Assembly: GCA_951406725.2 (NCBI GenBank)
Contig: OX597832.1
Coordinates: forward strand, 4,712,001-4,776,000
Direction: 5' to 3'
From: Octopus vulgaris
Taxonomy: Eukaryota
DNA length: 64,000 nucleotides
The notes beneath the pieces were generated by a model. It did not search any database. It saw only the letters and a list, made by a program, of their open reading frames with translations, and had not been told where the DNA came from. The position numbers and the translations under genes are program-made. This document shows positions 1-12,165 of this stretch, piece by piece. Every line of letters starts with the position of its first letter. Position 1 is the stretch's first letter.

Positions 1-68
1 TATGTTGAATAAAATCATAATTGACTGATCCTCCTGCATCCTACACAAAGCCAGGAACTTTTCAGCAC
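1..68. mobile_element. 3' end of ~215-bp mariner-type MITE (same family as 22236-22442 and 60948-61169)
   Basis: Matches the other copies (gttgaataaaatcataatt.actgatcctcctg...agccaggaacttttcagcac TIR). Confidence 0.7.
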
Positions 69-1756
69 AAACTTGTAGCCCAGAAGTATATGTTTGTATA
101 TATGTTGTATATATGTGCGTGTGTTAATGGCTACTCCTAGGTGTCTGGGAGTAGCCACTTAGTTACCCAGTATTATACTATCATCCAATTCATCTTGTTT
201 TTCAATCGATAATCTCAATGAATCAGAATGTCAAGAATTTTTCTTGTTAGCCAAAATACTTATCCCAGTACTAACTTCAGCTAAATATTTACATTCTTTA
301 TTTGTGTTTTACAATATCTAAAATTACTAGTACAAGGATGTAAGGGTGTTCGCATAAGCTAATCAAATATTTAATAGCAATCTACAGGATTAGTAATTTG
401 ATGTTGTAATCTTGTCTGTCATTTCAATCTTCTTAATAATCTTCCAATGTTGTTGATATCACCATTGTTTTGTTATTTTTAATTTGCAAGCAATGCAGTT
501 AAGGTGTTGAGCTGATAGAGATTTAGCTATTACACTTAGCAAGTCAAATAACTACATAGAGCAATTTGTTGGCTCACAGTGGTAATTATAGAAACAAGGA
601 CAAGAAGAATAGATATCATAATGAGAAAACTAGTACTAAAACAGATAACACTAAATTATAATGATATTGATAAAGGTTATAATAATGACAAAGAAACCTA
701 ACTGAAAAATAACCTTGTCAATGAATACTTACATCATTGTTTACAAAAGAATGAAGCAATTTTAGATACAGCAAAATATTTGATTTACCTAACATCAAAA
801 CACAAACTATAAATAAAGCTGTCACACCTCTTGAGCCTAAATCATATTTTCTAATAATTTTTTCAAATAATATATCAGCTTGAGTGCAACATACTTTAAA
901 CAAATTTTAACACTTAAAAAACCTTTTAAACACCTATAATTTGCTGAAATCGATGATTTTTTTAAAGCATTTCTTCAATACTTTATGCATTGATTTTAGA
1001 CAGAAATCTCACACTTAAAACATGTTATTTCTGCAGTAGCTATACTGGATGGAAATAAAAGGACACCTGTGTTACTAGGAAACCAATCCTATAATATAAC
1101 TCTTCAACAAACATCTTTTTCACTTCTATCAAAAGGAGAGAATATTCAAAATTCTCGTCATACAGAACACCTCAGGATAAATGTGCTACATTCGTATCTT
1201 ACATATTCTAAATAAATCTTCATGTCAGCAGGGATGGTACAATTATTTCCACCATTGTCATTATAAGAACCCTTGTTATCACCAGCATTATAACATCAGT
1301 TTCCTTCAAGTCATAATACATTGCTTCTGAAAGGCATATAGAAATCATTGTTAGCTAAAAAGCTAACTGTAAAAGATTAAAATTGGACTACAGAAACCCT
1401 CCTCGGTTATGATTTACAAAAACAGACAATTATTAAGCTGTTAGAAGACAACTAACTACACATGGATAAAGTAATATATTATTCAAGTATTAAGAAGGTA
1501 GCTACAGGTTGTTGCCAAACTTAATCAGTTACACATTTCTAATTTCTAAATTATAGTGGGAAGTTTGTGAAAGCAAAACAACATTAAAACTTCCATTGAT
1601 ATGAGTCTTTCTTTCATGTAGTCACACATCATCATTAAAGTTCATTAAACAGAATATTTTTCAACAAACACTTTATGAAACATTTAGCTTTTTTTGTCTC
1701 AACAATTTTTCATTGCACTCAACAAAATTTTTCCAAATAAATTTTCACACACACAC

Positions 1757-1840
1757 ATCATCATTGTTTAACATCCGCTTTCCATACTGGCATGGGTTGG
1801 ACAGTTTGACATAGAGCTGACCAGTTGGCAGCTGCCTAGA
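1757..1840 (-). mobile_element. RTE LINE 3' tail fragment
   Basis: Reverse complement of ccaacccatgccag.atggaaagcggatgttaaac.atgatg, as at 5840-5895. Confidence 0.7.
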
Positions 1841-1866
1841 CTCATACACACTTAAGCACACTCACA

Positions 1867-1869
<3 letters not shown>

Positions 1870-1934
<65 letters not shown>
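1870..1934. repeat. (TG)n microsatellite
   Basis: Perfect dinucleotide run. Confidence 0.95.
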
Positions 1935-1936
<2 letters not shown>

Positions 1937-2419
1937 ATCTCTCTCTCCAGTCCTTCCCCTGCCACTGTATCATTGGTATCCTGTCACTCCCCTCTATATC
2001 CCTGTTCACTACTCATTGCATTCCCCTTTTCTCCTCTCTCCCTCTTTGCAATCTTGTGAACTTCTTGCTCACACACCCTGTCCAATCGTGTGTACCACAC
2101 CATTTACATTCACCTTGTACCTTGAGGGTACACCCTGGGGCATATACACAAATGTACCTTGAGTGTATATTTGCCACCATCTTCTCTTTCTCCCTCCCTC
2201 CCTCTTTCTCTCCCACCTCCCTCCCTCTTTCTCTCCCACCTCCCTCCCTCTCTCTCTCTCTCTCTCCAAATGAAATAGCAATGTATTTCCTCTACAGTAA
2301 GACACTTCTGTCACTATCTAAGCTTAACCTCTCGTCACCTGACGCAAAGCCACCTCTTCAATACAACTCCCCTCCCAGTTGAGGAGTCTTTATCTTTCAA
2401 GTTACTTGGTGACTTCACT

Positions 2420-2616
2420 GATGCTGGTGCCATATAAAAAGCATCTTGTACACTCTATCAAGTGGTTGGTATTAGGAGAGGCATCCAGCCACAGAAATCA
2501 TGCTACAGCAGACAATAGAGCTTGACACAGTCTTCTGGCTTGAAGCTCCTGTCACACCATCTAACCTATACCAGCATGAAAAATGGCTGATAAATGATGA
2601 TGATGATGATGATGAT
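2420..2616 (+). mobile_element. RTE-type 3' UTR fragment ending in (GAT)n
   Basis: Similar to 5710-5895 (gtggttgg.attagga.gggcatccagcc ... gatgatgat tail). Confidence 0.7.
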
Positions 2617-2647
2617 ACATACACACATACACACACACACACATATA

Positions 2648-2940
2648 GTGAAGGTGTGTGGTCTAGTGGTTAGGGTATTGCAATCACAATTGCTAGATCA
2701 TCATGAGTTCAATTCCCTGATCGAGCAGTGTTGTGTTCTTGAGCAAAACACTTCATTTCACATTGCTCCAGTCTATTTAGCTGTAAATGGATAACCTTGT
2801 GACAGACTAGTCTTCCAATCACGGGAAATGTTGGCCAGCTCATCTAGCAAACAGGGTGGCATCATTCAAAAGCTAAAACAATGTGAAGTGTATTCTGACC
2901 AGTAATATGTAGTATCTGATAGTCTGGTTGATACTGTGAC
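2648..2940 (+). mobile_element. tRNA-derived SINE (family D-like)
   Basis: A box tggtctagtgg, B box gagttcaattcc, then gtgttgtgttcttgagcaaaacactt shared with 13640 and 31220. Confidence 0.65.
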
Positions 2941-3364
2941 ATATATATATATACATACATATCCTCCTCCTCCTCACCACCACCACCATTTTAGCATCTA
3001 CTTTTTCATGCTTGCATGAAATCAAATAAAAATATGTTGCAACAGTGTTTTCTAGATCAAACACTCTTCTTGTCACCACCTCCCACTTCTTTCCAAAAGA
3101 ATAAATAATCTCCCAGTCTATCAAACAACAAACAGCTATGACATATTTATGCAGAGAACCGGAAACAAATGATACGGTATGAATGAGCCTTGTTTTTATC
3201 AAAGATCACACAACATGACAAAACATGTCAATAAGCTCAAATATGTTTTCATGGTGTACTGTAATAAAACAAGACTGTCAGTAAGCTGTTGTTTACAACT
3301 AGTAAACATATGTGAAGATGATGCAAATATGAACACATACATGCATGCACAGACAAACATATGG

Positions 3365-3756
3365 TGTGGCTGTGTGGTAAGATGTTTGCTTTCCAACCAC
3401 ATGGTTCCAGTTTCAGTCTCACTGCATGGCACCTTGGGCAAGTGTCTTCTAATATAACCCTAGGCCAACCAAAGCCTTGTGAGCGGATTTGGTGGACAGA
3501 ATCAAAAAGAAGTCCATTGTATGTGACTAGATGTGTGTTTCTTTGTATTTGTGTTTATCCTCCACCAATTGCTTAACAATTAGTGTAGGTTTGTTTACAT
3601 TTCCATAGCTTAGCATTTTAGCAAAAAAAAGATCAATAGAATAAGTATCAGGCTCAAAGATAAGTACTGGGATCAATTCATTCAACTAAAACCCTTCAAG
3701 GTAGTGCCCCAGAATGGCCACAGTCAAATGACTAAAAAAAGATAAAAGATAAAAGA
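3365..3756 (+). mobile_element. tRNA-derived SINE family A
   Basis: Head tggctgtgtggtaag, ggcaccttgggcaagtgtctt core and tggccacagtcaaatgact tail, shared with ~20 copies in the window. Confidence 0.85.
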
Positions 3757-3883
3757 TATATGCAACATAAAAAAATTTCCTGGGTTTACTTGTTCAGAGC
3801 AATATGGTTAAATCAATTAGAATGTGAAACTTAAAGTATTAGGGCTGTCAATATGATCTCTCTCTCTCTCTTTCTGAATATAT

Positions 3884-4026
3884 CAGGCCTGATTTTGAAC
3901 TGAAAGTTTATTTTACTTTATCTCAACAAAAAACAATGTGGTTAATCAAAGTATGCACCTAAATTATCAACACAATTTTGTCATTTTATCAGTAGCTTAT
4001 TTATGCCGGCAGCGAAGAATTCTGGA
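3884..4026 (-). mobile_element. Mariner transposase C-terminal remnant with element end
   Basis: Minus strand reads PEFFAAGINKLLIK*QNCVDNLGAYFD*, matching the mariner C-terminal GI.KL..RW.KCV...G.YF pattern. Confidence 0.7.
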
Positions 4027-4030
4027 CAAA

Positions 4031-4171
4031 CGAGAGGAAGGAGTTTAACTGTTCACGGAAAAGTGGGGTTGCACCAATACAGTCATCAATATAATGAATG
4101 TATAGTTCAGGAGTGGGACCAGTGAGTCTTAAAAATATTTGGGCCTCAACATAGCCAACGAACCAGCAAGC
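4031..4171 (-). mobile_element. Penelope-like element reverse transcriptase fragment (YIDD)
   Basis: Minus strand reads ACWFVGYVEAQIFLRLTGPTPELYIHYIDDCIGATPLFREQLNSFLS, typical of the PLE RT catalytic region. Confidence 0.7.
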
Positions 4172-4481
4172 TTAGACTAGAGCATCATCTTCTGCCCTTG
4201 TATACTATGGTTAAGCAAATTTAGAGAGAATGAATGAACGAAATGATAACCTTGATTAGGATAAATAAATAAAATATTGCTAATAAGAGATATGCATGAT
4301 CTTAAGACAAACAAGGAAGACGAAGCTATCGGTACTATGTTTACATGATAAAGAAATAGATAGATAATAGAGAACGAATGGGGGGGGGGGGGGCTTACGA
4401 TCTATGTATTAAACATGGAGTACATGAATGGGGTTGAAAAGTCAAATTTTTTCTTATCTCAGCATCTTCTGAATATATGTG

Positions 4482-4531
<50 letters not shown>

Positions 4532-4585
4532 ATATTTATTATATATATATATGTGTGTATATATATATATATGTGTGTGTGTGTA

Positions 4586-5895
4586 GAAAAGGTGTAGTTA
4601 GAAACTCTATAAGATGCACCAAGTGTAAGCTATGGACACATAAGAGGTGCAGCAATGTCAAACGAAGGCTAACTAGGAAGATGGTATTTGTGTGTGGCAG
4701 ATGCTCAGAAACAATAAACACTGAAAATGCTCTGAGACCAACTTCTGTCACTTTCCAGGGAGAAAAACTAGAAATAGTTGATCGCTTCCGTTACCTAGGT
4801 GACCAAGTCAGCAGCGGGGGCGGGTGTGCTGAAAGTGTAACTGCTAGAGTAAGAATAGCTTGGGCAAAGTTCAGAGAGCTCTTACCTCTGCTGGTGACAA
4901 AAGGCCTCTCGCTCAGAGTAAAAGGCAGACTGTATGACGTGTGTGTACGAACAGCCATGCTACATGGCAGTGAAACATGGGCCGTGACTGCTGAGGATAT
5001 GCGTAAGCTCACAAGAAATGTAGCCAGTATGCTCCGATGGATGCATAATGTCAGTATTCATACTCGACAGAGTGTAAGTACCTTGAGAGAAAAGCTGGAC
5101 CTAAGAAGCATCAGATGTGGTGTGCAAGAGAGACGTTTGCGCTGGTATGGGCATGTGGCGAGAATGGATGAAAATAGTTGTGTGAAAAAGTGCCACACCC
5201 TAGCGGTGGAGGGAACCTGTGGAAGAGGCAGACCCAGGAAAACCTGGGACGAGGTGGTGAAGCATGACCTTCGAACTTTAGGTCTCACTGAGGAAATGAC
5301 TAGAGACCGAGACCTCTGGAAGTATGCTGTGCATAAGAAGACCCGGCAGGACAAGTGAGACCATAACCCGTGGCCTTCTACATGGGATGTAGCCAGCCCA
5401 CTTATGCATACATTCCCTTCTTGGGACACAAAACTCTACTTGTGAAGACCTGTTGAGGCAAGTGAGAATCAGAATTGAAATCGATCAATGGAAATTGCAG
5501 CTGAGTTACCAGAGGCCGGTGGCACGTAAGAGAACCATCCGAATGTGGCCGTTGCCAGCGCTGCCCCGACTGGCCTCGTGCCGGTGGCACGTAAAAAGCA
5601 CCATCCATTCGTGGCCGTTGCCAGCCTTACCTGGCCCCCGTGCCGGTGGCACATAAAAAGCACCATCCAATCGTAGCTGTTTGCCAGACTCGGCTGGCAC
5701 CTGTGCCGGTGGCACGTAAAAAGCACCCACTACACTCATGGAGTGGTTGGCGTTAGGAAGGGCATCCAGCCGTAGAAACATTGCCAGATGAAACTGGGCC
5801 TGGTGCAGCCTTCTGGCTTCCCAGATCCCAGTTGAACCGTCCAACCCATGCTAGCATGGAAAGCGGATGCTAAACGATGATGATGATGATGATGA
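4586..5895 (+). mobile_element. 5'-truncated RTE-clade LINE (ORF C-terminus, 3' UTR, (GAT)n tail)
   Basis: Stop-free frame to 5358 with FRYLG, MLHGSETW, RLRWYGHVARM, RGRPRKTW; (GAT)n tail; 5' junction at (TG)n. Confidence 0.92.
5515..5730 (+). repeat. ~62-bp tandem repeat (about 4 units) in RTE 3' UTR
   Basis: gccggtggcacgtaaaaagcacc recurs at ~5515, 5580, 5642, 5705. Confidence 0.8.
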
Positions 5896-5949
5896 TATGT
5901 GTGTGTGTGTATGTATATATATATATATATGTATATATATATTGACTCC

Positions 5950-6198
5950 TGTGCAGGTGGCATGTAAAAAACACCATTTCAAGCGTGATTGTTGCCAGTA
6001 CCGCCACACTGGCTCTCGTACCAGTGGCACCTAAAAGCACCCACTACACTCTCAGAGTGGTTGGCATTAGGAAGGGCATCCAGCGGTAGAAACTCTGCCA
6101 GATCAGATTGGAGCTTGGCGCAACCATCTGGTTCGCCAGTCCTCAGTCAAATCATCCAACCCATGCTAGCATGGAAAGCAGATGTTAAATGATGATGA
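5950..6198 (+). mobile_element. Second RTE 3' UTR fragment
   Basis: Repeats the 5700-5895 sequence and ends in gatgatgat. Confidence 0.8.
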
Positions 6199-6255
6199 TA
6201 TATGTACATATATATATGTGTGTATACTAAGTGTGTATATATATAAATATATATA

Positions 6256-6352
<97 letters not shown>

Positions 6353-6410
6353 GTAAATTTATATGTGTATATATATATATATGTATGTATGTATATATAT
6401 GTATTTATAT

Positions 6411-7304
6411 TACATTGGTAAGGAAGTTCTTGGACAATCAAGCCACCTTCAATCCTGCAACCAATCAGCATTGCTGACCAATCAGGAGCAGCCAGCGTGT
6501 CTATTGTGATTATATAAGGACCACCTGCATTGTCTCAGCAAGGTCAGCAAGCTTGGAAAATGGGCGCCACATGGACTGACTGAAGCAAAGAAACAAGCAC
6601 ATGTCACTGCATGTCCAAAGTCTGCTCTGGCGAAGCCGAAGATTCAATAGGTCGGAGTCAGTAATCACTATGGATGAAAAGTGGGTACTCTAATGTGAGG
6701 TGCAGACGATCCTGATGTAGCAAAGGTCAACAGCCAAACTCTTTGCCAAAATGACTGCTTGTGCAAAAGAAGGCTATGATCTCAGTTTGGTGGGACTACC
6801 GTGGTGTGACCATGTTGCATCTTCCCTAATGCAATACCACCATTGACAATGATGTCTACTGCGAACAAATCAACCGTCTAAGGATCGAGCTGGCTGAAAA
6901 ATGCTCAAATTTGAAGAAGATAATTTACCACCAAGACAATGTGCCATCACATCGTGCAAAGAAGACGTCAAAGAAGATGAAGGAGGCAGGTTGGGAGATT
7001 ATGGTGCACCCACCATGTTCTCCTGACCTTGCCCCTTCTGACTACCACTAATTCTTTGCCTTGCAATGCACAATTGGCGATACAGGGTTCAGAAACGAAG
7101 AAGATGTGAAATCGTTCCCTTACGACTTTGATTCAAAGCCATGTGATTTCTTGATGAAAGGATTCAAAATTTTGCCTGAAAGATGGCAAAAGGTGATCAA
7201 TAACGAGGGTGATTACCTTTTGGACTAATTGCTCTTTGTTGTTTTTCTAATTGTTAATAAAGTAATATGTTAAAAGTGTCCAAGAACTTTCTTACCAAAC
7301 TGAT
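6411..7304 (+). mobile_element. Decayed mariner transposon with TIRs
   Basis: TIRs ttggtaaggaagttcttggaca / tgtccaagaactttcttaccaa; remnants TMDEKWVL, MISVWWD, HQDNVPSH, HPPCSPDLAPSDYH, LPERWQKVINNEGDY; frameshifted. Confidence 0.9.
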
Positions 7305-7399
7305 ATATATGTGTGTGTGTGTGTGTGTGTATATATACATATTTATATACATGTAAATGTATATATATATATATAAAGATATATATATATATATATATA

Positions 7400-7902
7400 T
7401 AATTAGAAAATGGAGAAAACCACAGATTAACCCACACATCGATTGGACCAAATTTATAGCTTATTTATTAATACAAAGCATGACATAACGAATCTTACAG
7501 CCATCAGGGCTACAAGAGTATAGTTAAAAGAGTGATCTAGTAAAGGTGTAGGGAATAGACACTCTGTGCTCTTGTAGCCCTGATGGTAAATAATTATTTA
7601 CACTTAACATATTGGGCTTCTAGACTATTTGTCTAAACCATGCTTTCTTTTCTTTTCCTTCATCCTTTTCTTTATAGTGTATGCTCTTGTTTTTCACTCT
7701 GATGAAGATCAGTTGCCTTAATTCGAATGTCCTATGAAGATGAAGAATTTTATTCTTGCATTTATGTATAGACAGCATTCTGGAAATCTGATTAGAAATG
7801 GGTGTAAGATTCGTTATGTCATGCTTTGTATTAATGAATAAGCTATAAATGTGGTCCAATCGATGTGTGGGTTAATCTATAGTTTTCTCCATTTTCTAAT
7901 TA
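7400..7902. mobile_element. Fold-back PLE-like insert after (TA)n with ~100-bp inverted arms
   Basis: 7400-7499 is the reverse complement of 7803-7902 with few mismatches; inner 18-bp stem 7501-7586. Confidence 0.75.
7697..7809 (+). ncRNA. Degenerate type-I hammerhead ribozyme motif
   Basis: CTGATGA 7699-7705; stem II gatcag/ctgatt; GAAA 7795-7798; tgggtGTA; base of stem II mismatched. Confidence 0.45.
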
Positions 7903-8075
7903 TTTGCATTGGTTCCTGATAAACTCTTGTTTATCCTGTTGTTATCTGCACTCTACGTGTATGGCGTACCTTCACATCATCGCCCCGTGATATAACAGGT
8001 AACAGATACTGATAGTTTATATGGATATTTTATCCCTTAGTCAGTTACTATAACTGCTAACTCTGTTTACATGTA

Positions 8076-8106
<31 letters not shown>

Positions 8107-8309
8107 GTGCATATATGAGAAGATCATGGTAGCTCACATATTTACTTCCCTACATATAATAAACAAAAAGTATATATACATTTCTCTCTCTTTCTATATG
8201 GAAAACGGACGCTAAACGAACGAACACATACATATACATAGATTCATACATACACATATATACATACATATGCATACACACACATATATAAACCTATATG
8301 TATACACAC

Positions 8310-8319
8310 TCATATACAC

Positions 8320-8377
<58 letters not shown>

Positions 8378-9064
8378 CATACATACACACAAATACATGT
8401 ATACATACATAGACATATATACAAATGTACACACACTCATATATAAACTATGGAAAAGAATTCCTTCAGAGGGATGTGTGAAACATCCAGTTCACTGGTA
8501 TGTCAGTTGAATACCACATAAATATGGGTATTATGCAAATTACAAACAATATATTAAATCGAGAGACACGGTTGACAATCCAATAATTTATTTATATTAT
8601 AATATAAGATAATATACTTAAAATCCTTTATATATATAAATAAATTATTCGATTGTCAACTGTATCTTTCTATCTAATTTATTATTTATATATAAATATA
8701 TATAAAGAGTGAAAGAGACCAGGTGTGTGTACATATGAACTGGAGGGGATATTTATGTGTGAGTGTATGTACAATAAATTAGATGGAAAGATACAGTTGA
8801 CAATCGAATAATTTATTTATATTATAGTATATTATCTTATATTATAATATAAATAAATTATTGGATTGTCAACCGTGTCTCTCGATTTAATTTATTGTTT
8901 GTAGTTTGCATAATACCCATATTTATGTGGTATTCAACTGACATTCCAGTGAACTGGATGTTTCACACATCCCTCTGAAGGAATTCCTTTCCATAGTTTA
9001 TATATGAGTGTGTGTGTACATTTGTATATACGTCTATGTATGTATACATGTATTTGTGTGTGTG

Positions 9065-9120
<56 letters not shown>

Positions 9121-9132
9121 CATGTGTGTGTG

Positions 9133-9140
<8 letters not shown>
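8310..9140. repeat. Large nested inverted repeat (arms ~8340-8683 / 8773-9110) bounded by (TA)n
   Basis: Near-identical ORF text on opposite strands ([17 protein letters not shown]); each arm has an internal gttgacaatc...gattgtcaac hairpin. Confidence 0.85.
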
Positions 9141-9173
<33 letters not shown>

Positions 9174-9259
9174 CATGTGTGTGTGGTGTATATATACATA
9201 TATAATTATATATAATACAAACACATGCACACAGATATGCACACACCCACATATGAATG

Positions 9260-9589
9260 TAGGCCTTTGTAAGAAGTTTGTTTCCCAATTTCTCAACCAC
9301 TTGTTTCTAGGTTCAGTCTCACTGTGTCGTACTTTAGACAAGTGTACTATAACCCCAGTCCAGAGTTATAGTAGAAACTGAAATGAAATCTGGAAGAAGC
9401 CTGTCGTGTGTGTGTGTGTGTGTGTCTTTGTATTTGTGCCCCACCGCCACTTGAACTGGTGTTGCTTTGTTTACATTACCATAACTTATCCGTTTAGAAA
9501 AAGAGACTGATAGAATAAGTAACAGATTTTATATTAAAAAATGTACTGGGGTCGATTTGTTTGACTGAACCCTTTAAGTCTGTGCCTCA

Positions 9590-9592
<3 letters not shown>
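9260..9592 (+). mobile_element. SINE family A, diverged
   Basis: Family A head and tail motifs. Confidence 0.7.
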
Positions 9593-9628
<36 letters not shown>

Positions 9629-10324
9629 ATATATTGGACTAATGAGTATATGTCGATTAGTGGCTACACAGTGTGGGCTACCTGGTGTCATCCACAGTTG
9701 GGGTATATACCATTGGATCTACTTCAGGAAATCCACAGTGTTAGTTGAGATAATAGTAATTGATTAAAGAGCCAGAAGATAGATTCGGTATTAGTCTAAT
9801 TAAACTAATACTAAATCCATCTTCTAGTTACTTAATCAATTACTATTATACACAGACATGACAGAACTAAATAGATACCCCATGAAAATTCGAACCTGTA
9901 AAGGTTTATAATATTTATTATACATTACTTACTGATGTATTCAACACAAAGGTAAGCTTATTTCTCATATGTTCATTGCATTGTCTGTGTATCTTTATTG
10001 TGAGTTTTTGGTGGTTTTTGAGCCTTGGCTCTTGATTTTAGCAAGTGGTATTATATACCCTGCTGTATCTAAATTTGCTTTATATTGTGCCGGTAATGGT
10101 GTGAACTTGCTGGCCACTTTATTATTACCTTATTAACATCATTAATAATACTAATAATACATTTTTATTTAAAATTGATTCTTGCTCATGATAGCTTTCT
10201 TTTAAACGGAGTGAGATATTTGAAGTAAGGAATGCACAGGAGTTAATGTAGAGAATATTCTAGAAATAGCCATTAAAATGTTATTTCCAACAGAAGGTCC
10301 CAGAATATGTTGGTCATACAGAGT

Positions 10325-10520
10325 GTCCCCCCACCACCACCAATATCACTTGACAACTGATGCTGGTGTGTTTACGTCCCCATAACTTAGCAGTTTCGCA
10401 AAACAGGCCAATAGAATAAGTACTAGGCTTACAAAAAATAAATCCTGGGGTTGATTTGCTTGACTTAAAGGCGGTACTTCAGCATGGCCACAGTCAAATG
10501 ACTGAAACAAGTAAAGGAAT
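10325..10520 (+). mobile_element. SINE family A 3' half
   Basis: cttgacaac.gatgctggtgtgtttacgtcccc...gtcaaatgactgaaacaagta. Confidence 0.8.
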
Positions 10521-10561
10521 ATAAAAGAATATATATATGTATATATACACATACACACCAG

Positions 10562-10810
10562 TTACTGCAACAGCCTGGGTTTCAAAGGCCCACAGCTTTT
10601 TAATATCCTCCCAAAGATCCTGAGGACCTACACAAAGTGGACATAGATGTTTTCAAAACAAAACTGGATCTCTTCCTGTTGAGAGTCCCAGATAAACCCA
10701 CCTCATGACAGGAGACACAAATGAGGTCAGCAACATTAAAATCCTTTATTCACCAAATGCCAACTATAAGATGATAGTTAGCAATGGTGGTACCCCAGCG
10801 TGGTCATTTG
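10562..10810 (+). mobile_element. CR1/L2-type LINE 3' remnant
   Basis: CNSLGFKGPQLFNILPK...DVFKTKLDLFLLRVPDKP resembles the CR1-group RT C-terminus. Confidence 0.65.
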
Positions 10811-12130
10811 ATTTAAACAAGGTCATTTCATTGGGAGTATTAAATAGGGCTATTTTGGCTGAATCCGGTCAAAATAGCCAATTCGGCCAAAATAGACCTA
10901 TTGAATACTACCAGTCAAATAACCTTGCTTAAATTCCTTTTCTTCTCACTCACTTATGTTTTTCCTTTTTCTTTCTTCTAATCCTAATTTTTCATGACAT
11001 TTATGTTCTCCACTCCTACTGTGCTCTCTTCACATTCTGATTGAATCTTCCATGTGCTAGCATGTACCTCCTGGCAACAATGTCAACTTTTATTTAATCA
11101 AGATATCCTTAGCCTGAAGAATAGCCTGCAGTATACAGCTTGCTTGGATATTTACCATTTCCGAGGTTCCGCTTGCTATGAAACATATGCAGCCCGGATC
11201 TTATCTACTTCATTCTTTAATTCTTGTATTCTTATTCACATACTTAGCAACCCTAGTTGCATACTGTAAAATATAAAGAACTTCTTTCAGTTTATCATAC
11301 TTCAATAAGAAGAAAGTTCATAACCTTCCATCTCAATAAATCATTGTTGTCCTTGAAGTTGTTCTTTTATATTTACTATGGATTGCTTGAAGCTAACTTT
11401 CATCCTACATCTCAATCTTTGGATCTTATATTTATATATATATAAACACACACACAGAAATTATATTAAAAAGTCAAAGTAATTGTGACAAGTTTATTCC
11501 ACTCGAGATTTCTGAAAGAGTAAACAGCAACCCTCTGTTTGTAGTTCAGTTGATCACACATAAGCTTTTGAGAATTATCAAATCAAGTCAAGTTCTGTGC
11601 TATCTGTCCTCGTTCGCTAATATGTGATTTCTAAAGACAAATGTCTTACATTTTCTCTCTCTCTTTGTTTAAGATCCAAAGGAAATGCCATATGTGCCGC
11701 AGATGTATCTCTTAATTAATAATAACAAAATGTCTATCATCAGTATTAATTATTTTGCAATATGTTAAATTGGCCAAGATTCATAAGAAATTACTAAAAT
11801 TATTTTTATAAAGTTCTAGTTTATAAAGTTACGGTAGAGTATTGCTAAAATTATATTTCAAATTCCAAATTTTAATAAGTTTATTTCACTAAAGATTTCT
11901 CATAAGCAGCACAAGGGTCTGCATTCTTTATTCCTTTCTAATGCCCTCTCACCCAGTCACCATTTTATTGAAATATACATGGTTTGCTTCCCTGGTAATT
12001 CGTTACCAACACTTCTTCCTTCAAATATAGCTGTGATGTACAAGTGTATTTCCTGTTGCTCCCCATACTTAAATGTGTGCATGGGTATGTGTGGTGGCTG
12101 TGTGGTAAGATGTTTAATGATTTAAACAAC

Positions 12131-12161
<31 letters not shown>

Positions 12162-12165
12162 TACT

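Noticed and set aside
788-903. Hydrophobic ORF end (TALFIVCVLML) before a gtaaat donor-like site
   Set aside because: No convincing acceptor or frame continuity with the 22782 exon; no recognisable homology.
1203-1327. Possible minus-strand exon (tttcag...gtaaga)
   Set aside because: The frames examined contain stop codons.
5515-5730. CRISPR-like repeat/spacer appearance
   Set aside because: The spacers are similar to each other and the array lies in an RTE 3' UTR of a eukaryotic genome.
1872-9381. Many ORFs rich in CV/YI/HT dipeptides
   Set aside because: Translations of (TG)n/(TA)n/(CA)n microsatellites; the N-terminal ~36 aa of ORF 4477-5358 is likewise artefactual.
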